Source: Chiloscyllium plagiosum (Eukaryota). Taken from it: 64,000 nucleotides of DNA. Location: assembly GCF_004010195.1 (NCBI RefSeq), contig NC_057719.1, positions 86,577,446-86,641,445 of the forward strand. The letters are read 5' to 3'. Shown one piece after another: positions 1-14,700 of the stretch (position 1 is its first letter; each line of letters opens with the position of its first letter). The notes below the pieces were generated by a model, which was given only the letters and a program-made list of their open reading frames with translations, was not told the origin of the DNA and ran no database searches. The translations under genes were made by a program, and so were the position numbers.

Positions 1-132
1 AGCAATGTTACTCAAACTATGATGGAAAGATGCATGTTTGGGTGTTGAAAATATATAATCAATATTTCCTTTTCTAAAAACACTGACACACACACATACA
101 CATACACACACATATAAACGATGATACGAAGA

Positions 133-548
133 TTCCATGGAGAGGAAGTCGTACGAGGATAGGTTGAGAGTTCTCGGCCTTTTCTCGTTGGAACGGTGAA
201 GGATGAGGGGTGACTTGATAGAGGTTTATAAGATGATCAGGGGAATAGATAGAGTAGACAGTCAGAAACTTTTTCCCCGGGTACAACAGAGTGTTACAAG
301 GGGACATAAATTTAAGGTGAAGGGTGGAAGGTATAGGGGAGATGTCAGGGGTGGGTTCTTTACCCAGAGAGTGGTGGGGGCATGGAATGCGCTGCCCGTG
401 GGAGTGGTAGAGTCGGAATCATTGGCGATCTTTAAGCGGCATTTGGATAGGTACATGGATGGGTACTTAATCTAGGTTAGAAGTTCGGCACAACATCGTG
501 GGCCGAAGGGCCTGTTCTGTGCTGTATTGTTCTATGTTCTATGTTCTA
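133..548 (+). mobile_element. CR1 LINE 3' end, 5'-truncated
   Basis: [13 protein letters not shown]...TRGH...FFTQRVVGAWNALP C-terminus; 3' tail gggccgaagggcctg...(ttctatg)n. Confidence 0.92.
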
Positions 549-779
549 TAATAATTGGCCATGGTACACATTGACTTTTTGTGTACCGAATTACTTGGAA
601 AATTATCTACATTGCCAAAGAGATGCCAATGTTGTAACTGTAGTTGAACAGCTGGCCCAGTGGCATAGAATGTTTTGGAGCATAGGTCTCCAGTATGTTA
701 GCAGAATGTTGTCAGAGCCTGAACCTTTGTGCAATACAGCACCTTCAGTTATTTTTTTTGTATCAAGTGGAATGAGTTC

Positions 780-2350
780 TGGCTGAAAATGCTTGCAAAA
801 GATTCAACCTTATTTCTTACCCTGATTTGCTGGCCCCCCTCCACCACCATTTTTGAGGATGAAGATATTTGCAAGCCCCTCCTCCAGTGAATTGTTTCAT
901 TGTCCGCCACCATTCGCAAGTGGAAGTGGCAGCACTGCAGAGCATAGGTTTGATCTGTTGGCTTTAGAATTGGCTAACTCTGTCTGTCACAGGCTGCTTA
1001 TGCTGTTTGGTATGCAAATAGCCCTAAGTTGTAGCTTCACAAGGTTAACACCTTATTTCTCAGTATTCCTGGTACTGTTCCTGACATATCCTCCTGCACT
1101 CTCAGTTAAACTAGAAGTGAACCCAGGCTTGGTGATAATAGTAGAGTGGGGGGTGTTATGGGCCATGAGGTTACACACTGTGGTTCAGTATAATTCGGGT
1201 GTTGTTGATGGCCCATTGTGTCTATGGATGCCCAGTGTTGAGTTATTAGGTCAGCTCCATTTGGCCTGGTGATGATGCCACACAACACGAAAGTATCTTC
1301 ATTGTAAAGGCAGTACTTCATCTCTGTGTAAGGACTTGCAATGATTGCTTCTGTTGATACTGTCATGGACAGATGTTTGCGTGATATGTAGATTGTAGAG
1401 AATGAGGTCAAGCATATTTCCCTTTCTTTTTGTGCCATAAGGTCAGTGTCCTTTAAGACTCCGTCAGTAATGGTACTACCAAGCTACTCTTGGTGATGAA
1501 GATTAAAATCCTGCTCATGGAGCTCCTGCCACTCTCTGCTTCTTCCAAATGTGGAGGCTAGCAGGTGGTAATCAGCAGGAAGTTTCCTTAAGTTTAGCCT
1601 GATGTTATGAGATTTCATGGGTGCTGGACTCAGGATTGAGGATTGAGGATTCCAAGGGCAATTCCCTCCTGACTGTATACAACCGTGCTGCCACTTCTGG
1701 TCAGTTTGTCATATTGATGGGACAGGAATGGGCCAGGGTTAGTGATGTTTGGGACATTTTCTGAGAGAATTACAATGTCAGGTCTTTGCTTGACATACCC
1801 CAGGCATTAGTGAGGAGCATTGACAGGGTTATGTATGCTGTTGTTGTTTCTGATGTCCTGGGTCAGTTAGCTCAGTTGGCTGACTAGCTGGTTTGCAATG
1901 CAGAATGATGCCAACAGTGTGGGTTGAATTCCCTTGCTGGCTAAGATTACCATGAAGGACACTCCTTCTCAATCTCTCCTCTCGCCTTTGGTCTGCTAGG
2001 ATGATGGTGACTTTACCTTAACGGGTGATCATCCGGTTTCATTTGTCTTAACAGATTTTGTATTGGTTAGATACAGCTGAGTGGTTTGCTTGACCATTTC
2101 AGAGGATGTTTGAAAGTTAGCCACATTGCTGTGTATCTGAAGTCACATCTAAGCCAAATCAAATAAGGATATTAGTAAATTCTCGTGAGTGACAATATGA
2201 TTTCATGGTCACCATTAGAGTAGCTTTTACTCCCAGTTTTATTAAATTTAACCCTCTGCCATAGTAGGATTCTGATGTCCCTGGAGTGTCAGCCTGGGTG
2301 ACTGGATTACTAGACCAGTGACAATATCACCATACTTTATTACATCTCCC
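780..2350 (-). mobile_element. Old LINE 5' region with a tRNA-like head; a tRNA-derived SINE is nested at ~1860-2020 (+)
   Basis: 2080-2350 resembles 29460-29780. Nested piece has A/B-box-like 'tagctcagttgg' and 'ggttgaattccc'. Family uncertain. Confidence 0.5.
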
Positions 2351-2654
2351 TAATTCTCAGTCTTAAATGTCACACCTCTCATTCTGACACTGTGATAAGT
2401 GGCTCTAAAAAACACACAGACAACATTCCTACCCCCCCCCCCCCCCCCCGCCTCCCCAAAGCAATTTTCCATCATCAACTCTGTTAAACTCTTAAGAATT
2501 TAACGTCTTAAATGGTTCAATCCGATATCTTGAGAGAAGTGGGATAGGGCTTTATTTTGGGACACTAAGATACGAAAGGACTGAATGTTTTCAATCGAGC
2601 AGATTCAATATGCTTGTTGCATAACTGTGAACATTTTCTGCACGTTTGTCACAG

Positions 2655-2768
2655 GATGATATGCATGTTGAAATGGTGAAGGAAACCTGTATTGTGGGTT
2701 CAGGGTCCCTGCCATTGTATCATCTTCCTATCGGAAAGAATGTGGACATGGTAATGAATCTTGACAAG
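2655..2768 (+). CDS. PLA2G4F: cPLA2 exon 1 in window ([38 protein letters not shown]), linker/second C2-like region
   Basis: tttgtcacag|GAT ... AAG|gtgagc; 114 nt, phase 0-0. Confidence 0.75.
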
Positions 2769-5700
2769 GTGAGCAGTATTTAAATCCATTGGTCAGCTTC
2801 TAGATTTTTTTGTCTAAACCACCTGTTATAGAGCCATGAAGATATACAGCATGGGAACTGACCCGTCCATGCTGACCAGATATCCTAAATAAATCTAGTC
2901 CCGTTTGCCAGCATTTGGTAATATTCATCTAAATCCTTCCTATTCATATACCCATCCAGGTGCCTTTTTAAATTTTTAATTATACCAGCCACCACTTCCT
3001 CTGGCAGCTGTCTGTGTGAAAAGGTGCCCCTTTGGTCCCTTTTAAATCTTTTCCCCTCTTACCTAAACCTATGCCCACTAGGTTTAGCCTCCCCATACCC
3101 TGGGGAAAAGACCTTTTTTTTTATTTACTCTAACCATGGCCTTCATAATCTTGCAAACCGCTATAAAGTCACCCCTCAGCCTTCAATGCTCCAGGGCAAA
3201 ACGGCCCCAGTCTATTCAGCCTCTCCCTATAGCTCAAACAATCCAACCCTGGCAACTTCCTTGTAAATATTTTCTGTACCCTTTCAAGTTTCACAATATC
3301 CTTCCTACGGCATGGAGACTAGAATTGCACGCAGAATTCCAATAGTGGTTTAACCAACGTCTTGTACAGCCGCCACATGACCTCCCATTTTCAGAGCTGT
3401 TATGATACAGTTCTGAAGCAGGTGGGTCTTAAACCGAGACTTCCTGGCTTAGAGCTGGGACACTATTTCTGCAACACAAGAGCACCCTTTGGTTAGCTCC
3501 TATTCTTAAGTTGACTATAGGTGTGATATTTCTTATCATTAATTAGATTATTAGTGAGCAGTCTGTTCATAACTGCTCAGTGCTAAGTAAGTGGTGTTGA
3601 TTGCACCTGAGTAGGGTTCTTGTAACACTTACTAGTCCCACAATAGGTCAGCTATGAAAATTTATTATGAATACCAGCATCTCAGCCTTTCTGCTGACTT
3701 TTAGAAATTGTCCTATTTCATTTCACTTTTGCCTAAAATAGTCAGACCTTCTCTTTATTTTAAATAAAAGATGAGGATGCAATGCTCCTCTGTGCAGTTT
3801 CAGCATCTCCCCATCAGTTCACTTTCATGTCATGGCAGAAGACTAGCATTTAGTGCAGAAGTGTTGGTTTAACTTCATTTTTAAATCCCACTGCTGCTAT
3901 GTAAATTGGAAAACACCTTCAGAGAATTGGCACAAGCACAACTGCCAAATGCCCCACCCCCCCTTCCCCCACTCTACGCCATAAAGTTTAATGACTCCAG
4001 GCTCGTCAGAGATTGGGTCTATCTTTTGATTTCCCTGGAGAGAAATTATCCCTGACTGAGGGAAATGGTACGCTTCGACTCTACGAAGCATAGAAAGCAG
4101 TTATGAGAGTCTTGTGGTGCAATGGTAGTGTCTCTACCTCTAGGTGAGAAGTCTGGGTACTAGTCCCACCCGTTCGAGAAATATGTCATAACAATGTCCA
4201 AGAAAGCCGATTGACAATAACTAGAGGAAGGTGTGAAGTGGTTGAAATGTTGTGCAATCATTAATAGTGGCCTTCACTTCAATTTAATACAATTTAAAAC
4301 TGAACATTATGCCTTCTGAATCAAATTAAAGTGAATCACACTTTCCAAGCCCATTTGTCCATTATTATGAGTGAGCAGTTTGGAATTCTCTTAACTGTTT
4401 TGACTGTCGCTGTAGTTTGCAACCTGGTCTGTTAAAATGAACTCAACAGCAACAATTTTATGAATGCAAGCCATACTGAGGCTTCTGTGTATACTGTTGC
4501 AGTGCTACTTCAAGCTGTCAAATTTGCCAGTGCAAGAATATCCTGATTCCTTACCTCAGAGGGAAGTGGGGAGGAGACCCAAGCATTTTCCTAAAGAAAA
4601 AAGCTGAAAACTTGCATCAACCAGCTTACATGTCCCCTGCATGCCCTGTTAGATTTTAACATTTGTCAGAAATCTTCTATCCAGCTTGTTGACTGGGAGA
4701 ACCACTGGCATGTGGTGCAGGGAAGAGTAGAAATAAAATGTATCTCCTCCCAACCACATGGAGGAAAGAAGTAACAAATAGAGGCCTTTTGGAAGGAAGC
4801 GTACCTGAAAAAGCAAAAAGAGTATTTTCAGTGTTTTTTTGGATTAAATTTCCACAAACCATGAACTAGCTGTACCTCATGATCTCTGGTTGTAACATGA
4901 AAGAAAAATGTATCTATCCTCACATGTCCATTATTCATCACTGGTGGCTTGAATGATAATGAGTCTAGAGTGTGGTGCTGGAAAAGCACAGCAGGTCAGG
5001 CAGCATCCAAGAAGCAGGGGAATTGATGTTTCGGGCAAAAGCCCTTCAGGGTGGAGGGCCATTCCTGATGAAGGATTTTTGCCTAAAACATCAATTCTCC
5101 TGTTCCTCGGATGCTGCCTGACCTCCTGCGCTTTTCCAGCAACTCGCACTCGACTGTAATTTCTAGCATCTGCAGTCCTCACTTTCGCTGGCTTGAATGA
5201 TAATACTTCCCCCAACAGGTCCACAGAGTATCACTTTTTCAATACTGGAATTGGGGAAGGAATTCACATTATTGCTGAAAATACATGTGTTTAGGCAGTA
5301 AAACAAAATTCAGAAGAGACTAAGTCAGAGAGGGAAGCTTGCGTTGGTTAGCAGAAGTAACTTTGCCTCCCCGTATCTCTTGTAGGATCAGAATGTTGAC
5401 CTGAGACTAAAGGCTAAGAGATGGTGAGTTCATTTTGATCTCTGACTTATGTTCCATTAACTATATATGCATATAACTAATGCAGTACACTGTTTACCTA
5501 AATGTCAGTCAGCCAAACCTTGAAATATTTCTCTTGTACTTGGGAAGAGCTGCTTGAAAATCAATGTTCCAAATGGATGAATGCTAACTTTGCTTCCAAG
5601 GGCTGAAAATGTGTGGTAGTGGAGTTTTTTTTCATTCACTTATGGGTTGTGGGCATCATTGACTAGCCAGCATTTACTGCCGATCCCTAGTTGTCATTCA

Positions 5701-8700
5701 GAAGGTGGTGGTGAGTTGCCTTCTTGAACCTCGCCACAGACTTCACTAGTAAGTGTGTAGCAGACTGCATACTGAAAACGTTAATCCTAATGTTCCCCAA
5801 CTGTAAACCATGGATAAACCAGCGCAGTACACTCCCTATTAAAGTCCAGGTCTGAGCTGTACAATCAGCAACCCTGGCCTATACAGCAAATCCCAGGTAC
5901 GACCTTCGTAAGGCCAACAGAGACGCCAAGAGGCAATACCAAGAGGCTTGAGTCCCAGTCCAACCACACAAACACCCAATGATTATGGCAAGGCTTGCCA
6001 TAGACAATGAGAGTAAGCTTGTAGGAAGCATAAGGCCGAACCGTAGTAGTTCGATAGGTATGTAAAAAGAACAAGATTAGTGAAAACTAATATAGATCCT
6101 TACAGTCAGAAACAGGGAAGTTATAATAGGAAAGAAAAATGGTTAATGAACTCATTTAAAATCATACCTCTGTTCTGTCTTCACCAATAAGAACAGGAAT
6201 AACCTATTAGAAATGACTAAGAACATTGGGTTTAGTGAGAATTAGAAACCTCCCTCCTGATTTGCATTTAAACTGAGATTGTTGCCTGCTCAGGTTCTGT
6301 TCCTCTCTCTCTTTCAAACCTGCCTTAATAATCTTTTGCCTTCAAACCTGCTATCATCACTCTCCATTTTTAAAACAAACCACTTAATATGCAAACTATC
6401 ATACAATCTGCAAACCTGCTCTTCTCTCCAATCTCTGAATGTGTTCTCTTCTTCCTCATCCATTCCCATAATTCCTGGAATTCCATGTTTGAATTGCTCT
6501 AGTCATATTGTTGGTCCCAGCAAAATATCTAAATCGTTTTTACCTAAATCATGCATGACATTTGGTCTTCCTGCTTTTTAACCTGCCTGCAGTGTTCAAC
6601 GCAATTGATCACCTCATTCGCTTTGATGCATCTTGACCATCATCCAACTGTGTGAGTAATGCATTCAGCCTGGTTCCATTCCCCTTTAATTGTAACCAGT
6701 GAATAAACATCAATGCTTGCCCTGCTTATTCTTGCGCTCATTCTCATTAGCCCCAGTGTTCTGCAAGCATTTATCCTTGCTGCCTCCAGTTTCCTGTCAG
6801 CATTTTGTCTCCCAGCGACATCATCTGAAAATACATCAGTTTCTACATATACACTGACAACAGTCACCTTTATATTGCTCTCTCCTATTACTCACTCCTC
6901 TGTTTCTAAATTGTCAAAACTGATTGTCACACACTCAGTACTGAATGATCTTGTCTCTATTATGAATCCCATTTCCTTATAACTAACTAATCATCTCCAT
7001 AACTGAGACTGTGCGCCAGACTATTTGCAACCACAGTGTTATATTTTGACCATCAGTTGGGCTTTCAAATACATATCTGCGTATTGTGAAGACCAGGAAT
7101 TTCCACCTCCATAACATTGCCCAGTTGACCCATCAATGCAGCTCCACTGTTCTGTTGGTTTGCTACTGCCAAAGTTGGCTATTCTAACACTAACATCATA
7201 CCCTCTGTAAAGTCTGCTGTCTGTGTGTAACTCAAAAATCTCCATCCATCCATCGCACCATACACTTCATGTACAGCTCTCCCTTAATCGTCCAAAAACC
7301 TCCCTTTTAAAGTTTTCATCTGTATTTTAAAATCCCTCCTTGGTTTGGCCTTTCATAGTTCATTAATTTCCTCCAGCCCTGAAACACCTCAAGATATCTT
7401 TACTCCTCTAATTTTGGCCTGTTGTGAGCATTCTCGATTTTACTGGCTCCTCCAGTATTAACCATGCCTTCACTTGCATTGGGACTAAGCTCAGGAATTC
7501 CCTCCTTAAACCCCTTGGCCTCTTTATCTTGCTCTCCACCTTAAGACTTCTTAAAATGTACCTCCTATCTGACTGAATGTCTCCTGACATACCTTTGTGT
7601 CAGAGATTTGTTTTATAATGCCTATGTGAGTTTTGGTTGTTCGGTTATGCTAAAGGCCCCTTCTGAATACAAAAGTAATTGCTAAAAAGACTTGAAGACC
7701 TAAATTACTTGTCCCTGTTCCTGTCTGCTATCTCTCTCTTCAAAACCTTTTTTCACTAATTCAACAAAGGTAGATTGTCGCCTCAGGCGACTGACTGTGT
7801 GGAGTTTGCACGTTCTCCCCGTGTCTGCGTGGGTTTCCTCCGGGTGCTCCGGTTTCCTCCCACAATCACAAAGATGTGCAGGTCAGGTGAATTGGCCATG
7901 CTAAATTGCCCGTAGTGTTAGGTAAGGGGTAAATGTAGGGGTATGGGTGGGTTGCGCTTCGGCGGGGCGGTGTGGACTTGTTGGGCCGAAGGGCCTGTTT
8001 CCACACTGTAAGTAATCTAATCTAATCTAATCTAATCTCAACTAGATTGTGCCTGTATGTACTCATGGATGTTCTCTTCTGTAGAACTTGTTTGGAAATT
8101 ACACTTTATACATGTCACAGAGTGTTAATGTCTTTTTAATGAAGTTTACTATTTAGTCTGACCATTGCTTTCAGGTCAGTCTTAACCCATGAATTCAGTG
8201 GGTTAAATTGATTTATACTTCCTCACTCAACGGATTGCGTTTGACTGTGAATGTCTTTGTTGCACAGTTATGAAGGTCTTGATGTGCGCCTGAATTTTGA
8301 CATTGCTGATCCAGAGAAGGAATTCCTTGTAAAAAGAAAGAAATATAGTGCACGAGCACTGAAGAAGGTGCTGAACCTAAAGAAGACTCCTACGGACAGC
8401 CATGTATGAAGTAAAGCAAAGAATGCGGTGAACTGGTTACATGCTTTTCATTTGGAGGTAGAGGGGAGGGAAAGAAAACATTTTCTGTTGTTCAAGTTAA
8501 CTATATTAGAGCAATAGATATACTGCAGCTCTCAACAGCTTCAGTTTACTTTTTATAATAATGTAAAAAATGCTAACAATAATACTTGCTATAAATAAAG
8601 TAATTATAGTAGCCATCTCACTGTTTTAGTAATTGAGGTGAGGGTTAGTGCAACTGTTTCAAATCCCTCCACATTGGCTAGGAAAATGTTAAACTGGGGG

Positions 8701-11700
8701 AAAATTGGACAGTTCGGATCTGTATCCATTGGAATTTAGAAATATTTGAGATCCTGAGGGAGTTTGATTGGATGCTAAAAGGTTGTTTTATATAAAATAC
8801 TAGAAATAGTCTGAAATAAGGAGTTCCCCTTTAAGGTAGAGATGAGGAGAAATAATTTCACTCAGAGAATTGTGAATTTATGGAATTCTCTACCCCATTG
8901 ATAGGGTTGTGGATGTTACATCATTGAATATGTTTTCAGGCTGTTGTGGATAGATCTTTGGGTTGAGGTAAACCTTATAGAGGTTTATAAAATTATGAGG
9001 GACATGGATAGGGTAAACAGGCAAAGTCTTTTCCCTGGGGTTGGGGAGTCCAGAACTAGAGGGCATAGGTTTAGGGTGACAGGGGAAAGATATAAAAGAG
9101 ACCTAAAGAGCAACTTTTTCACACAGAGGATGGTACAAGTATGGAATGAGCTGCCAGAGGAAGTGGTGGAGGCTGGTACAATTGCAATGAATAGGAAGGG
9201 TTTGGAGTGATATGGGCCAGGTGCTGGCAGGTGGAACTAGATTGGATTGGGATATCTGGTCGGCAGGGATGGATTGGACCGAAGGGTCTGTTTCCATGCT
9301 GTACGTTTCAATGACTCTGAGTGATTTGCTGTAACTGTAAGACTTTTGTAAAGTCCAGGCTGCTGAGTGAGTTGGAAGAGGAACATTGAGAAGAGGGGCA
9401 TGTGTGACGATGTGTGGTGGGAGTAGGAGAGCTAATTACAATGTAAGAGGGGAGAGGCGAATCACTGAATTTTCTAACTATAGGGATATGAAGAGCTTGG
9501 CTGAAACTTACATGAGTATATAAAACAATAACATTTTTACAAAATATTGTACTTTAAAATATATTTTAATGTTGATGACTAATATGAAAACATTAGTAAC
9601 GTTTTCAATGTTAGAATGCTGTCTTATTGCTGTTTACGTTATGCTAGCATCTGAGATATTGTTAACTTTTTTAAAAAGTAGATATTTTTCATGTTATATG
9701 GGCATCAGTCGTAAGGCCAGCATTTGTTGCCTTCCATAATTGCCCTTGAGCAAGTGGTATTAAGTTAAAATAAGGTTACATGCGTAAAATTATTAGACTT
9801 TGCAAATCATTTTCCAATTTGAAGTGACTTAATGTTTGGATTCCATACAGGCTATTCAGCAGGGCAGTTTGTTATCATAGAATCCTAGCGTGGAAACCAG
9901 CCATCTGGCCTGTTAAGTGCCTCAATGACATGATTTCTTGTCAGAAAGATTTTCAAATCCTAATGTCTTTGACCACTAATTTTCAAGCCTGATGGTTTAT
10001 CAACTTTCAAGAATGTTGAATACTTTAATATTTCATTCCTCACTCTTATGTATCACATTAATTGTTTAATACACCTCATAATTGCAATTTCTGTTTTGAC
10101 TCTTCCGTAAAAATAGACACAGTGAGGTTTCTTCTCAGATCTTTAACAAAGTGGGCATTGGTGAGAGATTTGGGAATCAGCACGAGGTGAGAGGTAGGGG
10201 CTTATCGATGTGACAAGCAAACAACCCTGTTTTCCAAACGTGTATTGAGCAGTGAGATGAGATTCTCATTAGAGAGTGGCAAGAGACCTTAGTGAAACTG
10301 TCATTGTATGTAATTTCCCATTCTCCAGCCTGCCAGATGGAAATTATCACCCACTAGTTTCTAACATGAAAATCAGAGCTACCATCTTACAACTCCAGCT
10401 TTGCTGCTTGCTCCTGCAGACCTCCATGTTGGACAGCAGTCACTAATATCCCAATGGCAGCAATTGCATGTATCATCTATCCATGAACCTTGGCATCAAA
10501 AATGTATCAGATTCACCACACCCTTATGGTATGCCTTCAATCCACTTGAAAGACAGTTCTGCACTTCCACGCTGCTTTTTGGAGCACTTGGAATGTGCTG
10601 CAAGAACATTTTGTGTGCAGGGATAGTAACAACAGTCTCAAGTATTCAACCAGAGCATAGCTCTGAGATCTTCACTTGCTCTCTTATCAATCCCTGGCTT
10701 TTGCACCTGCTTGGCTGCTTCTGGCCTTGCCTTTTTTGCACTTTGACCCCTTCAGCTAGAGCTCTGGGCAGTCTATCATGTTTGCCAGCGGTAGTCAGTC
10801 AAAAGGGCATCAGTGTGTTGTATGGCATCATGTGGCGTATAACATATTGATTAGACCACAGTTAGAATACTCTCTGCAGTCTTGGAATCCACATTAAAAG
10901 ATTGCACTGAATAGGATGCAGAGGAGAGTTACCAGGATTTTGACTGGGCTGGGGAATTTTCATTACAAAGAGAATTGGATAGATTGGGGTTGTTTTCCTT
11001 TTGAGAAGAGAAGAATGAGGGTGTGATATGATTGCAATTATGAGAGGCATAGGTAGGTCAGACAGAAAGAAACTTTTCGCCTTGGTGGAAGCATCAGTGA
11101 CCAGAGCATAGGTTTTAAGTAAGGGGCAGAAGGTTTAGTGGTGATGTGAGGAAACATGTAAACAGTGGTGGGAATCTGGAATTCACTGCCTATCAGAGTA
11201 GTAGAGGCAGAAACACTCAATATTCGAGAAGTATTTAGATGTATAGTTATGATGTAAGGCTATGGACAGTTGTTGGAAAATGGGATTAGAATCATCAGTA
11301 GCTTATTTTGGCTGGCACAGACTTGATGTGCCTAAGGTCCTTTACCTGTGCTGTGGGCCTCTGAGTCTATGATCTCTTTTAGGCCACCTCTTCATCTTCT
11401 GTTTTCCAAAGAAGTGTTTCAGTTTACTCAATCTTTTTCTAAATGTTGTCTCCTAATTTCTGATAACATCCTTGTGAATATTCTGTTTTCCCCAGTTTTA
11501 AAAAAATCCTTTTTGAAATACAGAGAGTGGGACTTCTGCCCAGTACTCTAGAGGGTAGAAATTGGGATGCATTAGGTCCAGTTCTAAGTCATGAAATTTA
11601 GCAGTGGGAGTCATACTGTAAGTAGCTACTGATGCCATCACCAAATCTGGGACTTTGTCAACAAAATGTCAGTGTTCACAATTTTGTTTTTTATTAGGTC

Positions 11701-14700
11701 TCAAAAATGAGAGTGCTCCCTGACTGTCACAGAGATTGCAAAACGTTTCCGCTCCCCCCCCAGCCATAAACAATCCAAATCTATCTCCTGACACTTAGTT
11801 AAGAATAGCTGGGAAAAAAGCGAAGCGGCCCAAAGTCCTAATCTTTCACTGGGGCCTTGTGGAGACTTATTTCTGTCAATCCCCAGGTCTCCTGTCTCAA
11901 TTTCACAATGAGGAGAATTATTTTCTGTTAGAGGATGGTGAGACTGTTATACTCTCAACCTTAGTAGAGGAAGACCATTGAATGTTAAGAGGACTCATAT
12001 ACGGGTATAAGTTTGCTCACTGAGCTGTAGGTTTGATATCCAGACGTTTCATTACCTGGCTAGGTAACATCATCAGTGGCGACCTCCAAGTGAAGCGAAG
12101 CTGTTGTATCCTGCTTTCTATTTATATGTATGTCCTGGATGGGGTTCCTGGGGTTTGTGGTGATGTCATTTCCTGTTCATTTTCTGAGGGGTTGATAGAT
12201 GGTATCTAGATCTATATGTTTGTTTGTGCCGTTGTGGTTAGAGTGCCAGGCCTCTAGGAATTCTCTGGCATATCTTTGTTTAGCCTATCCCAGGATAGAT
12301 GTGTTGTCCCAGTCGAATTGGTGGTTTTGTTTTCATCCGTGTGTAGGGCTACGAGGGAGAGAGAGTCGTGTCTTTTTGTGGCCAGGTGGTGTTCGTGTAT
12401 CCTGGTGGCTAACTTTCTTCCTGTTTGTCCTACGTAGTGTTTGTGGCAGTGTTTGTGGCAGTCCTTGCATGGAATTTTGTAGATGATGTTGATTTTGTCC
12501 ATGGGTCTTTAAAAGACCCAGTACACCCCTGGAGACAACAGCTTCGCTTCACTTGGAGGTCGCCACTGATGATGTTACCTAGTCAGGTAATGAAATGTCT
12601 GGATATCAAACCTACAGCTCAGTGAGCAAACCTATACCCTAAACCTCAACCTGAGCTACAAACCTTGCAGGACTCATATTCATCAGACATTTGATTAGTG
12701 CTATGATGCAGGGATAACAAGCCAAACCAGTCGGCCTGACTATCACTGGATTGGCAACACAGTGAAATTAAAACATTTAGTAATCCTCAATTACTCGTTT
12801 AATATTTAATAACATTTAATAACCCTCAATGTCCCTAACCAGACTTTACACAATAATATATCTTGGAAACCAACTTTAACTTCAACAAAAATTAACAATT
12901 TATTATTAAGAAGTAACTTTAGCAGAACACAGATAAATCTACAAGGCAATATAATTAATATCCACAATCTAAGCAGCAATCAATCATAAAACTGCCCCCA
13001 CCCTCTGACCACCAGCCAGCTTTCACACCAGCAGATGGACACAGTTGAGGGATAAATTTTAAAAATAAAATTTAAAGAAACATTATTTGCCATTTCAATG
13101 ATGAATACTAGGCCTCGTGAAATTCTTCAATGATGGGTTGTATTACAGGTACTATGGACTGTATATCTTGCTTGAATTCTGAATTCACCAGTCAGTGCAA
13201 ATAGCTTAAGCAGACCTCTGGAAACTTTTACTACTTTCTTACAGACTGGGGTTCTTTTCTCAGAACATTCACCAAGTCAGTAACTGGAGAGTAACCAGAT
13301 GGAGCAAAAACTAAAAACAACCTCAATCCAGAAGCTTCCAAAACAAAGTTATCTCCTGGCCAAAAAAAGCAGTCACAGCTAGTTCACCCTTTCGTTTCAT
13401 TTTTGTTTCAACGTACTCTGTGGCTGGCCAGGACCAGTCCTTCCTTGACAGACAAATTCAACTTCAAACCATCTGCCAGTCCCTAAGCATAGCAACATCT
13501 CAGAATCTGATGTCTGCAGTGCAGTACTTAACCTGCTTTATCTTGCCAGGCCAATTCCCAACAGCAAACATCAATCTTTTCTTCTCTCCTGGTTTATTTA
13601 AATAAAAAATACCAGCTGTTGTTCAAAGTTCAATTCTCCTCTTCAGATCTTAGTTCCAACATAAAAATGAGAAAATTAGTGATGGTTTTGACATTAGCAA
13701 AGGAGTTGAATGTTGTCAGGGTAGGCAGCATAGTGCACTTGAAGCTACAAACGCATCAGCCATAACCTTATAAAATGACAGAGCTGGCCCAAGGCATTAA
13801 GTAGTCTCTTTATGCTTCTGACTTTAATGTTCATATGGAAGCATAAGGGCTACCCTACAAAAGACGCTGTATAAATGCAGATTCTACTAAAGGCAATGGT
13901 CTGCTTTGCTCCAACGTTATGTTAGTTTGTATGTTCATTGATCGTTGTACCATCATTCAGCATTTTACACTGACTTCTTTTAATTACCTTTCTTAAATTT
14001 AACTGTCTCCTTGGACTTGTGTTCATTGTCCGGATGGTGTTATTATATTTGCCTTTGAATATTACAAAATGTCATATAAATCTATTTGGTTGGTCATTTC
14101 TGCTAGTTTTTTTTGGAGGACATATCCAATTAGTTTCACTCCCCTGTCTTTTCCACATAGTTCAGTCTTTCTAAAAAAAAAGCTTCTCTTCTAAAGTTAT
14201 TCTTGAATGGAGGTGGTCTACTATCTTTTAGCCATTGCATTCTGGGGGAGCAAAACAAAAAATTCCTCCTAACTCTCCTGAATCATGCTCATACAATACA
14301 TTTTCATTATGTTCTATCCAACCTTGGTATCCATCCTAAAGGATGGTACCCAGAAATGGACACACAGTGTCCAGATAGAGGCTAACTACTGAATTATTAA
14401 CTACTGTTGTATCATATCATCTTTGTTTCCATAAGTAAATGCCTAAATAAGCAATCAAATGCTTGTATTTGCTCCAGCTTGTTTCATAAGAATCAGGAAA
14501 ATACAGTTGTTTCTAAAATATAATTGCTCCTTTTTTTAATGTACAAGGTTTGACTTTTATAATACTGTATGGATTAAAAAGTGATGTGTGTCATGATCTC
14601 GAGTAAAATTACAGAGCATCATTCAACTTTTTCTTTTCAAATTTAAGGTAAGTGCTTCCGTGGACTAGTTCTCACTTGATTGGGACTTAACGAGAAAACT

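Larger units (their letters stand above)
12001..12668 (-). mobile_element. 5'-truncated Penelope-like element: GIY-YIG endonuclease remnant between inverted pLTRs
   Basis: Minus [13 protein letters not shown]...[16 protein letters not shown]; inverted arms ~12003-12107 and 12535-12639; 11-bp TSD AGGACTCATAT at 11990-12000 and 12669-12679. Confidence 0.92.

Noticed and set aside
4961..5188. Fold-backs as MITEs (DNA transposons)
   Set aside because: Arms are asymmetric, TSD length varies from 11 to 16 bp, solo and direct copies exist, and one family flanks a GIY-YIG ORF; all of this points to PLE retrotransposition.
10401..10850. 149-aa ORF
   Set aside because: Non-ATG start, no motif, and no place in the cPLA2 exon chain.
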